A stretch of DNA of 64,000 nucleotides from an uncultured Acidobacteriota bacterium (lineage in GTDB: Bacteria; Acidobacteriota; Vicinamibacteria; Vicinamibacterales; CAVVIG01), in NCBI GenBank assembly GCA_963757655.1, contig CAVWSQ010000005.1:242366-306365 (forward strand), in the 5' to 3' direction. The notes below the pieces were generated by a model, which was not told where the DNA came from, made no database searches, and worked only from the letters and a program-made list of their open reading frames with translations. The first letter of the stretch is position 1. The number at the start of each line of letters is the position of its first letter. The translations under genes were made by a program, and so were the position numbers. Positions 18,220-27,419 of the stretch are shown in pieces.

Positions 18220-19526
18220 CAGCGCAGGCCCGAGGGCAGGCGAGGCGACGCGAGCAGGCGCACGAACTCGTCCCATCGCTTCGCCGCCGGCGCACCAGCC
18301 CCGGCACGCGACTCGACGTAGTGCTTCACCAGATCCTTACCTAGGTTGTAGTTGATCACGTAGCTGCGGTAGGTGTCGAAGAAGCGCGTCCGCTGCTCCG
18401 CCCGCACCGGCGCCATCATCGCGTACTGCGACAGCCAGGCGGTGGCCCGTTTGCGATCGGATCCGCCGTTGAGATAGGCGCGGGCGGCTTCGTTGCCGGC
18501 GTAGGAGACCCGATCGACCAGCATCTGCACGCGCGCGTAGGCCGCCGCCTGCGCCGGATCGAGCCCCGCCTCTGGATACAGCACGTCGCGCTCGAAGGCC
18601 GCCCGCTCGCCGCCGGGGAACGCCACCTCGATGCCGTAATTGGCCGTTCCTTCCGCGATCAGCGATTGGGGCGAGAACAGCGGGTAAATCGTGAACTCCA
18701 CCCAGCCGCGGTCGCGCACCAGGTGCTGTTCGAGCAGCGCGTTGTAGACGTGGTGACCGGGGTAGCCTTCGTGACATGCCAGATCGATCGCGCGATCGAT
18801 GTAGATCGGCAGATCGGTGTTGACCTGAATCAGGCTGTGGTAGTTGCCCTGGTACCAGTTGTATCCGCTCCACGGCTTGTTGGTCACGTACTCCACCGTG
18901 AAACTCTCGGTGGGCGGCAGTGGCACATGGCGCAGCGTGCGCGCCCGGCATTCGGCGATGGCGCGGTCGAAGACGCGTCCGAGGCGGGCCGGCGGGATGA
19001 TGAACTTCTGCCGGAATGCGTCGTAGCGACCGACCAGCGGCGCCGCGCCGGGGAGCAGCCGGTCGAGCTCGGACAGCATCTCGGCAAAGTACGACTCGGG
19101 ATGGACAGGGGCGACCGCGTCGTAGAGCGCCTGCGACTCCTGATCGAAGGTCAGTCTGGCGCCCTGAAGCATTTCCACCCGCGTGCGCAGCGCCTCGAGC
19201 TGGCGCTTCAGATACTCGCGCCGGAGGACGACCTGGTCGTCGTGACGATCGGCCTCCGACAGCGCCGGAATGTCGGCGAGGAGGCGTCCGGCGGCGGTGT
19301 CGATATCGCGCAGCGGAAGCTTCGCGCGCTCGGCCTCGCTTTTCCATTCGGCGGGGCCGTAGAACGCGTCGACATAGTCGGCATCGTGCTGGCCGACCGC
19401 CAGCACGAGCTTCACGTAGCGCTCGGCGATGGTGTTCATGAGGACGGGCTTGGCGGGTTGCGCAATCACGGGGACGCTCACCACGACCACGATGGTGGCG
19501 AGTCGCCCAAGACTGAGGCTGCTCAC
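18219..19526 (-). CDS. DUF885-like secreted protein (putative metallopeptidase fold)
   Basis: Signal-like N-terminus MSSLSLGRLATIVVVVSVPVIAQP and motif CHEGYPGHH, which resembles the HE.xPGHH signature of DUF885. 435 aa. Confidence 0.6.
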   Translation of the reverse strand: MSSLSLGRLATIVVVVSVPVIAQPAKPVLMNTIAERYVKLVLAVGQHDADYVDAFYGPAEWKSEAERAKLPLRDIDTAAGRLLADIPALSEADRHDDQVVLRREYLKRQLEALRTRVEMLQGARLTFDQESQALYDAVAPVHPESYFAEMLSELDRLLPGAAPLVGRYDAFRQKFIIPPARLGRVFDRAIAECRARTLRHVPLPPTESFTVEYVTNKPWSGYNWYQGNYHSLIQVNTDLPIYIDRAIDLACHEGYPGHHVYNALLEQHLVRDRGWVEFTIYPLFSPQSLIAEGTANYGIEVAFPGGERAAFERDVLYPEAGLDPAQAAAYARVQMLVDRVSYAGNEAARAYLNGGSDRKRATAWLSQYAMMAPVRAEQRTRFFDTYRSYVINYNLGKDLVKHYVESRAGAGAPAAKRWDEFVRLLASPRLPSGLR

Positions 19527-19541
19527 TCCGGCATTGTACCG

Positions 19542-20468
19542 TCAGATGAACTGCGACAAATTGAACCGTCCGCGCCTCGCGAGCAGCGGCTTCCACACGT
19601 CGCCGAGCGCGGCGACGCGGGCCGGAACGTTGCGCACCGTGAAGTCCTCGATGCGGATGCCCTGCTCCACTTCCTCCCAGCTGACCGGCGTCGATACGGT
19701 CGCCTCCGGTCGCGGGCGCACCGAGTAGATCGATGCCAGCGTGCTGCCCCACCGGTTCTGGTTGTAGTCCACCAGTACGCGGCCGCGCGGACGCTTCGAC
19801 ACCCGGTACTCGGCCGTGATCAATGCCGGATGGCGGCGCGCGAGCTCCTGCGCCAGCACGTGGGCGAATGTCCGCACCTCACCCTGCTCCGGACCGCGCA
19901 CGATGGGGACGTAGACGTGGAGGCCTTTCGATCCCGTTGTCTTCACCACCGATGGCATCTTCAGCGCGTCGAGCGCCTCGCGCACCACCAGAGCGGTCTC
20001 GAGCACGCGCTCGAAGCTCGCCCCTGGGCCGGGATCCAGATCGAAGTGCACGTAGTCGGGCCGGTTGACGTCGTCGCAGGTGGCATACCACTGGTTGAGA
20101 TCGATGCAGCCGAGGTTGATGACCCACAACAGCGAGGCGCGATCCTGGATCATCGGAAAGTCGATGACGCCCTTCGAGCCATGGTCGATCGCGCAGATGG
20201 CGACCCAGGCGGGACGCGGCGACGGCGCACGCTTCATGAAGAAGAACTCGCCGGCGGCGCCGTGCGGATAGCGTTTCATCACCATGGCGCGATCGCGGAG
20301 GTGAGGAAGCAGCACCGTGGCGACGTCGGCGTAGTACTGAAGCAGATCGCCTTTGGTGAGCCCGAGCTGCGGCCAGAAGATCTTGCGCAGATTGGTCAGC
20401 CGCACGTCGTTCCCGCCGACGGTGAGGACGACATTGTCCTGATCGCGTGGAATCTCCAGGCGGGTCAT
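19542..20468 (-). CDS. LigD-type primase-polymerase (NHEJ polymerase domain), stand-alone
   Basis: LTNLRKIFWP..GLTKGDLLQYY...VMKRYPHG...FDLDPGPG...KTTGSKGLHVYVP...VLVDYNQN are typical LigD Pol/PrimPol motifs. I trimmed to the ATG at 20466-20468. Confidence 0.8.
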   Translation of the reverse strand: MTRLEIPRDQDNVVLTVGGNDVRLTNLRKIFWPQLGLTKGDLLQYYADVATVLLPHLRDRAMVMKRYPHGAAGEFFFMKRAPSPRPAWVAICAIDHGSKGVIDFPMIQDRASLLWVINLGCIDLNQWYATCDDVNRPDYVHFDLDPGPGASFERVLETALVVREALDALKMPSVVKTTGSKGLHVYVPIVRGPEQGEVRTFAHVLAQELARRHPALITAEYRVSKRPRGRVLVDYNQNRWGSTLASIYSVRPRPEATVSTPVSWEEVEQGIRIEDFTVRNVPARVAALGDVWKPLLARRGRFNLSQFI

Positions 20469-20602
20469 GATCGCCCGGCCACAATCGATGACAGTTGCTG
20501 GTGGCGCAACGGCGTCAGCCGAGCTCGAGCCATCGTGTCGCACGGCATCGCGCGGCTGCAGCCATGGTGCGACATCCTGAACGGAGGGTGCGTCTGGTCG
20601 CG

Positions 20603-21259
20603 CTACACCGTTTCACAGGGCGAAGGCCTCAGCCGAGCCAGGGGGGCGAGCTTCGGTGGCCGTGCGCCGTGGCGCTGCGCGCCGAGCACCGGCACATAGT
20701 CCAGCTCGACGCCATCGCTGGCATGGCGCAGCAACAGTCCGCCGCGGCTCATGTCGCCGCGGCCGACAAAGTCGATCGGGAACTGCAGCCCGGCGCCGAA
20801 GATGTTGGTGAGGATGTCGACGTACTTCGGCGAGGCGACGCTGCCGAGCAGCACGACCTCGCAGTCCGACCCGATCTCGGCCAGCAGCGCGCGCGCGCTG
20901 GCCTCGAGCGGACGCCGGTAGGAGGCGTTGTCCACGTCGATCTCTCCCCGTCCGAACGCCTGCACGGCCGCACGCGTGACAAGGGTGTCGGGGCTGCGCA
21001 ATCCGGCGTTGGCGGTGATGATGTGGATGCCGGACCCGACCACGGGATTGTCCGGCTCCGCCGGACTCGCGAAGCGGCGAGCATAGGTGAGCTTGCCGCG
21101 GAAGTACAGCCCGCTCATGAAGCTGAAGAGATCGCCGAGCGGTGCGCCGACTGGCGATCGCAGTGCCACCGCCAGCGCGAATGTCGCCGTCGGCGACAGC
21201 GCCTGCTTCGCGCGCATCCCTCCGCAGTTTGCGGGTGAGAGAAGAAAGATGCGAGCCAT
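20603..21259 (-). CDS. Conserved-looking hypothetical protein (218 aa), family not recognised
   Basis: I trimmed to the ATG at 21257-21259 because the longer ORF overlaps fabH out of frame. Sequence: MARIFLLSPANCGGMRAKQAL...VVLLGSVASPKYVDIL...GRGDMSRGGLLLR. Confidence 0.5.
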   Translation of the reverse strand: MARIFLLSPANCGGMRAKQALSPTATFALAVALRSPVGAPLGDLFSFMSGLYFRGKLTYARRFASPAEPDNPVVGSGIHIITANAGLRSPDTLVTRAAVQAFGRGEIDVDNASYRRPLEASARALLAEIGSDCEVVLLGSVASPKYVDILTNIFGAGLQFPIDFVGRGDMSRGGLLLRHASDGVELDYVPVLGAQRHGARPPKLAPLARLRPSPCETV

Positions 21260-21276
21260 TGAACCCTGGAATCTTC

Positions 21277-22299
21277 TCAAAAGCTCCATCTGAGAAGTAT
21301 CGCGCCCACCGTGAAGCCGGCGCCGACCGATGCGAGCAGGACCAGCTGCCCCTTCTTGAGCCGACCGGACGTCAACGCATCGTTCAACGCGAGCGGAATC
21401 GTGGCAGCCGTGGTGTTGCCGAATCGCTCGATATTGATGATCACCTTTTCTTGATCGACGCCGAGTTTCTCGGTCGCCGCCAGGATGATGCGCCGGTTCG
21501 CCTGGTGCGACACGAACAGATCGATGTCGGCGGCGGTGAGCCCGTTGCGATCCAGCAAGCGCCGCGCGATCTCCTCGGTCTTCCGCACCGCAAACTTGAA
21601 GACCGTCTGGCCGTCCTGCTTCACGTAGTGCAGCCGCTGCTCGACCGTGTCGTGCGACGCCGGATGCAGGCTGCCGCCGGCCGGCATGCACAGCGCCGCG
21701 CCGCCGCCGCCATCGATCTCGTGCTCGAAGTCGAGAATCTGGGGATCGCCGGGCTGCGCCGCCGAGACCACCACCGCGCCGGCGCCGTCGCCGAAGATGA
21801 CGCAGGTGGCGCGGTCTTTGTAGTCGATGATGCTCGACATCACGTCGGCGCCCACCACCAGGACGTGCTCGTGCGCGCCGCTCGCCACGAACTGGCACGC
21901 CGTTGTCAACGCGTAGGTGAAGGCCGAGCAGGCCGCGCTGAGATCGAAGCCCCAGGCGTTGTGCGCGCCGATCTTGTGCTGGATGAGGCAGGCGGTGCTC
22001 GGGAACATCATGTCCGGCGTCACGGTACCGACGATGACGACGCCGATGTCGGCCGGCGTGAGGCCGGCATTGGCAATTGCCTGAAGCGCCGCCTCCTTGC
22101 CCAAGTCCGAGGTCGCGACGCCGGGATCGACGATGTGCCGCTCGCGGATGCCGGTCCGCTGCAGAATCCAGTCATCGGTCGTGTCGACCATTTTCTCGAG
22201 GTCCGCGTTGGTCAGCAGGCGCGGCGGCACGAACGTCGCCAGCGACGCGATCGTCGTCGGCCGTCCGCCGATTCGTGGAGCCTTGCGCTCGATCACCAC
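21277..22299 (-). CDS. fabH: Beta-ketoacyl-ACP synthase III
   Basis: [15 protein letters not shown] and active-site context [10 protein letters not shown]. 340 aa. The GTG start (22297-99 or 22294-96) overlaps the ruvB stop. Confidence 0.9.
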   Translation of the reverse strand: MVIERKAPRIGGRPTTIASLATFVPPRLLTNADLEKMVDTTDDWILQRTGIRERHIVDPGVATSDLGKEAALQAIANAGLTPADIGVVIVGTVTPDMMFPSTACLIQHKIGAHNAWGFDLSAACSAFTYALTTACQFVASGAHEHVLVVGADVMSSIIDYKDRATCVIFGDGAGAVVVSAAQPGDPQILDFEHEIDGGGGAALCMPAGGSLHPASHDTVEQRLHYVKQDGQTVFKFAVRKTEEIARRLLDRNGLTAADIDLFVSHQANRRIILAATEKLGVDQEKVIINIERFGNTTAATIPLALNDALTSGRLKKGQLVLLASVGAGFTVGAILLRWSF

Positions 22300-23321
22300 A
22301 GTCGTGAGTCCCTTCGTTGGTCGGCGGGCGCCACCAGCCCGAAATAGCCGTAGGCCAGCGACGTGGCCACCCGGCCGCGCGGCGTCCGGTCGAGGAAGCC
22401 GACTTGAATCAGGAACGGCTCGTAGATGTCCTCGATGGTGTCTTTCTCTTCGCTGATGGCCGCGGCGATCGTGTTCAACCCGACCGGTCCGCCGCCGAAT
22501 TTCTCGATGATGGTCCGGAGCAGCCGGCGGTCGACCTCGTCGAAACCGTGCTCGTCCACTTCGAGCAGTTTCAGCCCGGCGTGGGCGACCTCCACGGTGA
22601 TGGTGCCGGCGGCACGCACCTGAGCGAAGTCGCGCACCCGCCGCAGCAAGCGGTTGACGACGCGCGGTGTGCCGCGGGCGCGTCGGGCAATCTCCACCGC
22701 CGCGGCAGCCTCGATCGGCACGCCGAGAATCTTGGCCGAGCGGCGGACGATTTCCTCGAGATCCGTGGCGCCATAGAACTCGAGCCGGTGCGTGATCCCG
22801 AACCTCGATCGCAGCGGCGACGTCAGCAGGCCCGTGCGGGTGGTGGCGCCGATCAGGGTGAAATGCTCAGTGGGAATCTTCACCGTGCGCGCGCTCGGTC
22901 CCTGGCCGATGACGATGTCGACCTCGTAGTCTTCCAGCGCCGGATAGAGCATCTCCTCCACCGCCGGCGACATCCGGTGAATCTCGTCGATGAATAGCAC
23001 CTCGTTCTTCTTCAGATTCGTGATGATGCCGACCAGATCGCCCGGCTTCTCGATCGCCGGCCCCGAGGTGGCGCGCACCGGCACCCCCATCTCGTTGCCG
23101 ATGACGTAGGCCAGCGTCGTCTTGCCGAGCCCGGGCGGACCGTGCAGCAGCACGTGATCGAGCGGTTCACCGCGCTGCTTCGCCGCGTCGATCGCGACCT
23201 GGAGGTTCTCGCGGATGCGATCCTGGCCGATGTACTCGTCGAGCAGACGCGGGCGGAGTCCCGCCTCGTACTGCGCGTCTTCGTCGACGCGCGCGGCGGT
23301 CACCAGGCGGTCATCCGTCAC
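22293..23321 (-). CDS. ruvB: Holliday junction branch migration helicase RuvB
   Basis: [19 protein letters not shown], Walker [22 protein letters not shown] start overlaps the ruvA stop (GTGA). Confidence 0.95.
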   Translation of the reverse strand: MTDDRLVTAARVDEDAQYEAGLRPRLLDEYIGQDRIRENLQVAIDAAKQRGEPLDHVLLHGPPGLGKTTLAYVIGNEMGVPVRATSGPAIEKPGDLVGIITNLKKNEVLFIDEIHRMSPAVEEMLYPALEDYEVDIVIGQGPSARTVKIPTEHFTLIGATTRTGLLTSPLRSRFGITHRLEFYGATDLEEIVRRSAKILGVPIEAAAAVEIARRARGTPRVVNRLLRRVRDFAQVRAAGTITVEVAHAGLKLLEVDEHGFDEVDRRLLRTIIEKFGGGPVGLNTIAAAISEEKDTIEDIYEPFLIQVGFLDRTPRGRVATSLAYGYFGLVAPADQRRDSRLW

Positions 23322-23926
23322 TTGGCCACTTCCCGTAGTGCCTGTCTCAACGTGCGCTCGAAGCTGGCGTCGGATGCCGATCCGACGGTCTTGATCGCCG
23401 CTTCGACGGCTTTCTCGGCGAGAGGCCGATGATACCCCAGGTTCACGAGCGCCGAGACCACGTCGTCGCGCAGTGCAGGCGCTTCGGGCGCAGCGGCGCC
23501 GCTGGCTGCAGCCGCCGGGTGCGTGCGGGGCAGCCGATCCTTCAGCTCGAGGACGATGCGCTCCGAGGTCTTCTTGCCGACACCGGGAATCGCGGTGAGC
23601 CTGGCCAGATCGCCGCGCTCGATGGCGCGGATGAACTCCTGCGGCTCGATTCCCGACAGCACCGCCAGGGCGACCTTGGGTCCGATGCCGCTGACGCCGA
23701 TGAGCCGTTCGAACAGATCCTGCTCGAGTTGGGTTGCGAATCCGTAAAGCACCAGCGCGTCTTCGCGCACGTGGGTGTGAACGCGCAGCGCAATCGCCGT
23801 GCCCGGTTCGCCGAGACCGTAAAAGGTCGACAGCGGCACGAACACGTCGTAGCCCACACCGTTGACATCGATCACGATCCGGTTCGGATGTTTTTCGAGA
23901 ATGGATCCGCGAAGGTGCGCGATCAT
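23318..23926 (-). CDS. ruvA: Holliday junction DNA-binding protein RuvA
   Basis: I trimmed to the ATG at 23924-23926: [35 protein letters not shown]..., with HhH motifs [12 protein letters not shown] and [12 protein letters not shown]. Confidence 0.9.
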   Translation of the reverse strand: MIAHLRGSILEKHPNRIVIDVNGVGYDVFVPLSTFYGLGEPGTAIALRVHTHVREDALVLYGFATQLEQDLFERLIGVSGIGPKVALAVLSGIEPQEFIRAIERGDLARLTAIPGVGKKTSERIVLELKDRLPRTHPAAAASGAAAPEAPALRDDVVSALVNLGYHRPLAEKAVEAAIKTVGSASDASFERTLRQALREVAK

Positions 23927-23968
23927 CTGGTCCTGGGGCCTTGGTTCGTGGACCTTGGTCCAGGGGAC
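23927..23968. repeat. Tandem heptamer array filling the whole ruvC|ruvA spacer (CTGGTCC TGGGGCC TTGGTTC GTGGACC TTGGTCC AGGGGAC)
   Basis: Read directly; six contiguous 7-nt units between the ruvA ATG (23926) and the ruvC stop (23970). Confidence 0.8.
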
Positions 23969-23969
23969 A

Positions 23970-24515
23970 TCAGCGTTGCGGTCGGTGCTGGCGCCAGCTC
24001 GTCGCCTTGCTGCGCGCCGGCTGCACGGCGCCGAGCGTGCGCGAGGGCGCCTGCGCGTGCACGTGGCAGATGGCGACAGCGAGCGCGTCTGCCGCATCGT
24101 GCGGCGACGGCACCTCGGCGAGCCCCAGCAGCAGCTTGATCATCTGCTGGACCTGCGGCTTGTCGGCGCGGCCGTAGCCGACCACGGCGCGCTTGATCTC
24201 GGCCGGCGTGTACTCGAACACCGGCACCCCGGCTTCCACCGCCGCCAGCATCGCTACACCGCGGGCGTGCCCCAGCTTCAGCGCGCTGCGGGCGTTGACC
24301 GAATAGAAGACGTTCTCGATGGCGACGCAGGTCGGGCGGCACTCGGCCAACACGATCGTGAGCTGGGCGTGGATACGATGGAGCCGGTCGGGAAACGACG
24401 TGACCGTAGGACAGTGGATGGCGCCGCACACCACGATCCGGTGGCGCGACCCGTCGGTCTCCACGCAACCGTAGCCGGTGCGTTCGGAGCCGGGGTCGAT
24501 GCCGAACACCCTCAC
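23970..24515 (-). CDS. ruvC: Crossover junction endodeoxyribonuclease RuvC
   Basis: VRVFGIDPGSERTGYG... is typical. GTG at 24513-24515 overlaps the yebC stop (GTGA). Confidence 0.85.
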   Translation of the reverse strand: MRVFGIDPGSERTGYGCVETDGSRHRIVVCGAIHCPTVTSFPDRLHRIHAQLTIVLAECRPTCVAIENVFYSVNARSALKLGHARGVAMLAAVEAGVPVFEYTPAEIKRAVVGYGRADKPQVQQMIKLLLGLAEVPSPHDAADALAVAICHVHAQAPSRTLGAVQPARSKATSWRQHRPQR

Positions 24516-25261
24516 GCGAGCGAGGCCTCGATCTCCTGCTCGGATATGTCGAAGTTCGACCACACCTGCTGCACGTCGTCCTGATCGTCGAGCGCTTCCA
24601 TGAGCTTCAGCATCTGCTGCGCGACTTTGCCTTCGAGCTTGACGTAGTTCTGCGGAATCATCGAGACCTGGGCGCTGGCGGGTTCGACGCCAAGCTGCTT
24701 GACCGCGTCGCGGACCGCCTGGAACGCCTCCGGCGCGCTCAGCACTTCCCAGTTGTCGTCGTCGTCCTGCATGTCGTCGGCCCCGGCCTCGAGCACCGCG
24801 CCGAGCAGCTGCTCTTCGTCGGCCTTGGCCTTCTCGACGACGATGTAGCCCTTCTTGTTGAACATCCAGGCGACGGCGTTGGTGGAGGCGAGGTTGCCGC
24901 CGTGCTTCTCGAGCATGTGGCGCAGTTCGCCGACGGTGCGATTCTTGTTGTCGGTCAGCACGTCGATGATGACGGCGGCGCCGCCGGGTCCGTAGGCTTC
25001 GTATTGCGCCTCTTCGTACGACACACCCGGTTCCTCGCCGGTCCCTTTGCGAATCGCCCGCTTGATGTTGTCGGCCGGCATGTTCGCTGCCTTGGCATCG
25101 GCGATGACGGAGCGCAGGCGCGGGTTCATGTCGGGATCGCCGCCGCCGTTGCGGGCCGCCACCGTCAGCTCCTTGATGAGCCGCGTGAAAATCTTGCCGC
25201 GTTTGGCGTCGAGCGCGCCCTTCTTATGCTTGATTGAGGCCCATTTGGAATGGCCGGACAT
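24512..25261 (-). CDS. yebC: YebC/PmpR family DNA-binding transcriptional regulator
   Basis: MSGHSKWASIKHKKGALDAKRGKIFTRLIKE... I trimmed to the ATG at 25259-25261. Confidence 0.9.
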   Translation of the reverse strand: MSGHSKWASIKHKKGALDAKRGKIFTRLIKELTVAARNGGGDPDMNPRLRSVIADAKAANMPADNIKRAIRKGTGEEPGVSYEEAQYEAYGPGGAAVIIDVLTDNKNRTVGELRHMLEKHGGNLASTNAVAWMFNKKGYIVVEKAKADEEQLLGAVLEAGADDMQDDDDNWEVLSAPEAFQAVRDAVKQLGVEPASAQVSMIPQNYVKLEGKVAQQMLKLMEALDDQDDVQQVWSNFDISEQEIEASLA

Positions 25262-25262
25262 G

Positions 25263-26057
25263 TCAAACCCCCGAAAAAATATACTTCTTTTTCGCCATGA
25301 TGATCCAGACATCGGCGCGATCGTCCCACGCACGTCCCCGATAATCGCCCAACACCGCATCGACGTGAAATCCGGCGCGTTCGAGCTGCCTGGTCATCTG
25401 GCGGACCGACAGCGTCCGAAACGTCAAATCGAAACGATGCTCGCGCGTGTGCCGGCCCCGGCGCTCGACGTAGGTCTGCTCGAAGGTCGTGAGATGGCGC
25501 TTCGGATCCTGCCGGACGGACTCAATGAGCGTGAGCTGGGCGCCGCCGGCTCGCCCGCGCAGCTGGACCCGGTTCTCGTACTCACGCCACTTGGGCACGT
25601 CGGGCACCAGATCGATCCCGAAGGTCCCGCCCGGCGCGACGACGCGCGCGACCGAATCGAGCGTGGCGCTCAGATCGCGCGGCCGGATCAGCGACTGCAG
25701 AATGCCATAAGGGGCCAGCACCATCGGGAACGTCTCGTCCCCGAACGGCAGCGAGCGGATGTCGCCGCGGACGAGACGGAGGGATTTGAGGATTTGTGGA
25801 TTTGAGGATTTGAGGATCTGGCGGCTCGCGCGTTCCAGCATCGGCGCCGATCGATCGACGCCGACCAGATTCACGCCGGCGCGCGCCAGCGGCAGCGAGA
25901 CGCGCCCGGTGCCGCAGCCCAGCTCCAGCACCGGCCCGCCCGCGCCGGCCGCGACGCGGCGCCAGAACGACACGTCGCGCCGGCCCAGCGTCTGCGCGTT
26001 TTCCCAGTCGTAGAACGGCGCGTACGCGTCCCATCCCTGCCAGCCCTCGCGTTTCAC
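25263..26057 (-). CDS. Class I SAM-dependent methyltransferase carrying an in-frame octamer-repeat insert
   Basis: Motif I VLELGCGTGRVSLPLA. The loop RQILKSSNPQILKSLRL is encoded by five tandem 8-nt units at 25782-25821. Confidence 0.8.
   Translation of the reverse strand: MKREGWQGWDAYAPFYDWENAQTLGRRDVSFWRRVAAGAGGPVLELGCGTGRVSLPLARAGVNLVGVDRSAPMLERASRQILKSSNPQILKSLRLVRGDIRSLPFGDETFPMVLAPYGILQSLIRPRDLSATLDSVARVVAPGGTFGIDLVPDVPKWREYENRVQLRGRAGGAQLTLIESVRQDPKRHLTTFEQTYVERRGRHTREHRFDLTFRTLSVRQMTRQLERAGFHVDAVLGDYRGRAWDDRADVWIIMAKKKYIFSGV
25782..25821. repeat. Tandem octamer array (GGATTTGA GGATTTGT GGATTTGA GGATTTGA GGATCTGG) inside a methyltransferase CDS
   Basis: Read directly. It translates on the minus strand to QILKSSNPQILKS. 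Confidence 0.8.
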
Positions 26058-26077
26058 TGGCGCGTATTATAGGGGGC

Positions 26078-27262
26078 ATGAGCGACCTCCAGCGCTGGCG
26101 CGACGAGTTTCCCATCCTGTCGCAGTCCGTCTACATGATCAGCAACTCGCTCGGCGCGATGCCGCGGCAGACCGCGCGCAACCTCGCGGACTATGCCGAG
26201 ACCTGGGCGACCCGAGGCGTGCGTGGCTGGGAAGAACGCTGGTGGGAAATGCCGTTGGAAGTCGGCAACAAGATCGCGCGCGTCATCGGCGCCGCGTCCG
26301 GCACGGTCAGCATGCACGAGAACGTCACCACCGCGCAGATGGTGGCGCTGTCGTGCGTCCGCCCGTCGCCGACCCGCAAGCGGATCGTCTGTTGCGCGAT
26401 GGACTTTCCGTCGATGATTTATCTCTACCGGGCCCAGCAGGCTGCGGGCTTCGAGCTGCGGATGGTGCCGGCTGAGGACGATCTCACCGTGCGCACCGAC
26501 CGCGTGCTCGAGGCGATCGACGAATCGACGGCGGTGGTCGCCTTTTCCCACGTGCTGTTCCGGACCTCGTACATCATGGACGCGGACGCGATCGTACAGC
26601 GGGCCCGCCAGGTGGGCGCCGTCACTATTCTCGACACCTATCAGTCGGCCGGCATCATTCCTGTGGACGTCGCGTCGCTGGGCACCGACTTCGCCGTCGG
26701 CGGCTGTCTCAAGTGGCTGTGCGGCGGCCCGGGGAACGCGTTTCTCTACACGAGGCCCGACCTGCTGAAGGGAGAGCGGCCGGCATTCACAGGCTGGCTG
26801 TCGCACGAGCACCCGTTCGACTTCGACATCGGGGCGCCAGATCTCCGATCGGACGCGATGCGCATGATGAACGGCACGCCCGCTATCCCGGCGTACTATG
26901 CCGCGCTGGCGGGGCTCGACATCATCGACGCGGTTGGCGTCGACCGGATCCGGGCTGCATCGCGGGACTTGACGGCTCGGCTGCTGATGCTGATCGACCA
27001 GTACGGGTTCACCTCCGCAGCCGCGCGCGATCCCGATCGCCTGGCAGGCACTGTCGCCATCAACCTTCCCGATGCGGCGTTGGTGTCCCGCGCCCTGAAG
27101 GCGCGCGATTTCATCGTCGACTACCGCCCGCCGGTCGGCGTACGGATCTCGCCGCATTTCTACAACACCATGGACGAGATCGATCGCACGATGGCGGAGA
27201 TCGCGTCGATCGCGGCGAAGAAGGACTACATCGACGCAGGTCCGTCGAGCCGGGTGACCTAG
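26078..27262 (+). CDS. Class V aminotransferase-fold PLP enzyme, kynureninase-like
   Basis: YMISNSLGAMPRQ...ETWATRGVRGWEERWWEMPLEVGNKIARVIGAASGTVSMHENVT matches the kynureninase N-terminal pattern by eye. 394 aa. Confidence 0.65.
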   Translation: MSDLQRWRDEFPILSQSVYMISNSLGAMPRQTARNLADYAETWATRGVRGWEERWWEMPLEVGNKIARVIGAASGTVSMHENVTTAQMVALSCVRPSPTRKRIVCCAMDFPSMIYLYRAQQAAGFELRMVPAEDDLTVRTDRVLEAIDESTAVVAFSHVLFRTSYIMDADAIVQRARQVGAVTILDTYQSAGIIPVDVASLGTDFAVGGCLKWLCGGPGNAFLYTRPDLLKGERPAFTGWLSHEHPFDFDIGAPDLRSDAMRMMNGTPAIPAYYAALAGLDIIDAVGVDRIRAASRDLTARLLMLIDQYGFTSAAARDPDRLAGTVAINLPDAALVSRALKARDFIVDYRPPVGVRISPHFYNTMDEIDRTMAEIASIAAKKDYIDAGPSSRVT

Positions 27263-27294
27263 GGCGCGATCGATTTCGTGTCGGTCGCGCAGCC

Positions 27295-27322
27295 CCTGGA
27301 TCCTGGTTCTTGGTTCCTGGTC
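27295..27322. repeat. Tandem heptamer array (CCTGGAT CCTGGTT CTTGGTT CCTGGTC) in a convergent spacer
   Basis: Read directly. It has the same unit family as the ruvC|ruvA spacer. Confidence 0.8.
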
Positions 27323-27373
27323 CGTCCGCTGGACGGCCGGCGTCCTGAGTCCCTTGTCCACGCGCGCGCACGA

Positions 27374-27408
27374 CGGACTGCGGACTGCGAACCGACGAAA
27401 GAACCAAG
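27374..27408. repeat. Tandem heptamer array (CGGACTG CGGACTG CGAACCG ACGAAAG AACCAAG) in the same convergent spacer
   Basis: Read directly. The last units are complementary in type to the 27295-27322 array (AACCAAG vs CTTGGTT). Confidence 0.7.
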
Positions 27409-27419
27409 GCCTCAGTGGA

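Noticed and set aside
18337-20699. Long overlapping ORFs 18337..19752 (-) and 18666..20699 (+)
   Set aside because: They are alternative-frame or antisense readings of the DUF885-like and LigD-Pol genes, with Arg/Ala/Gly/Pro-rich low-complexity composition.
26054-27361. 435-aa minus-strand ORF
   Set aside because: It is antisense to the kynureninase-like gene, whose plus-strand translation has clear PLP-enzyme family features.
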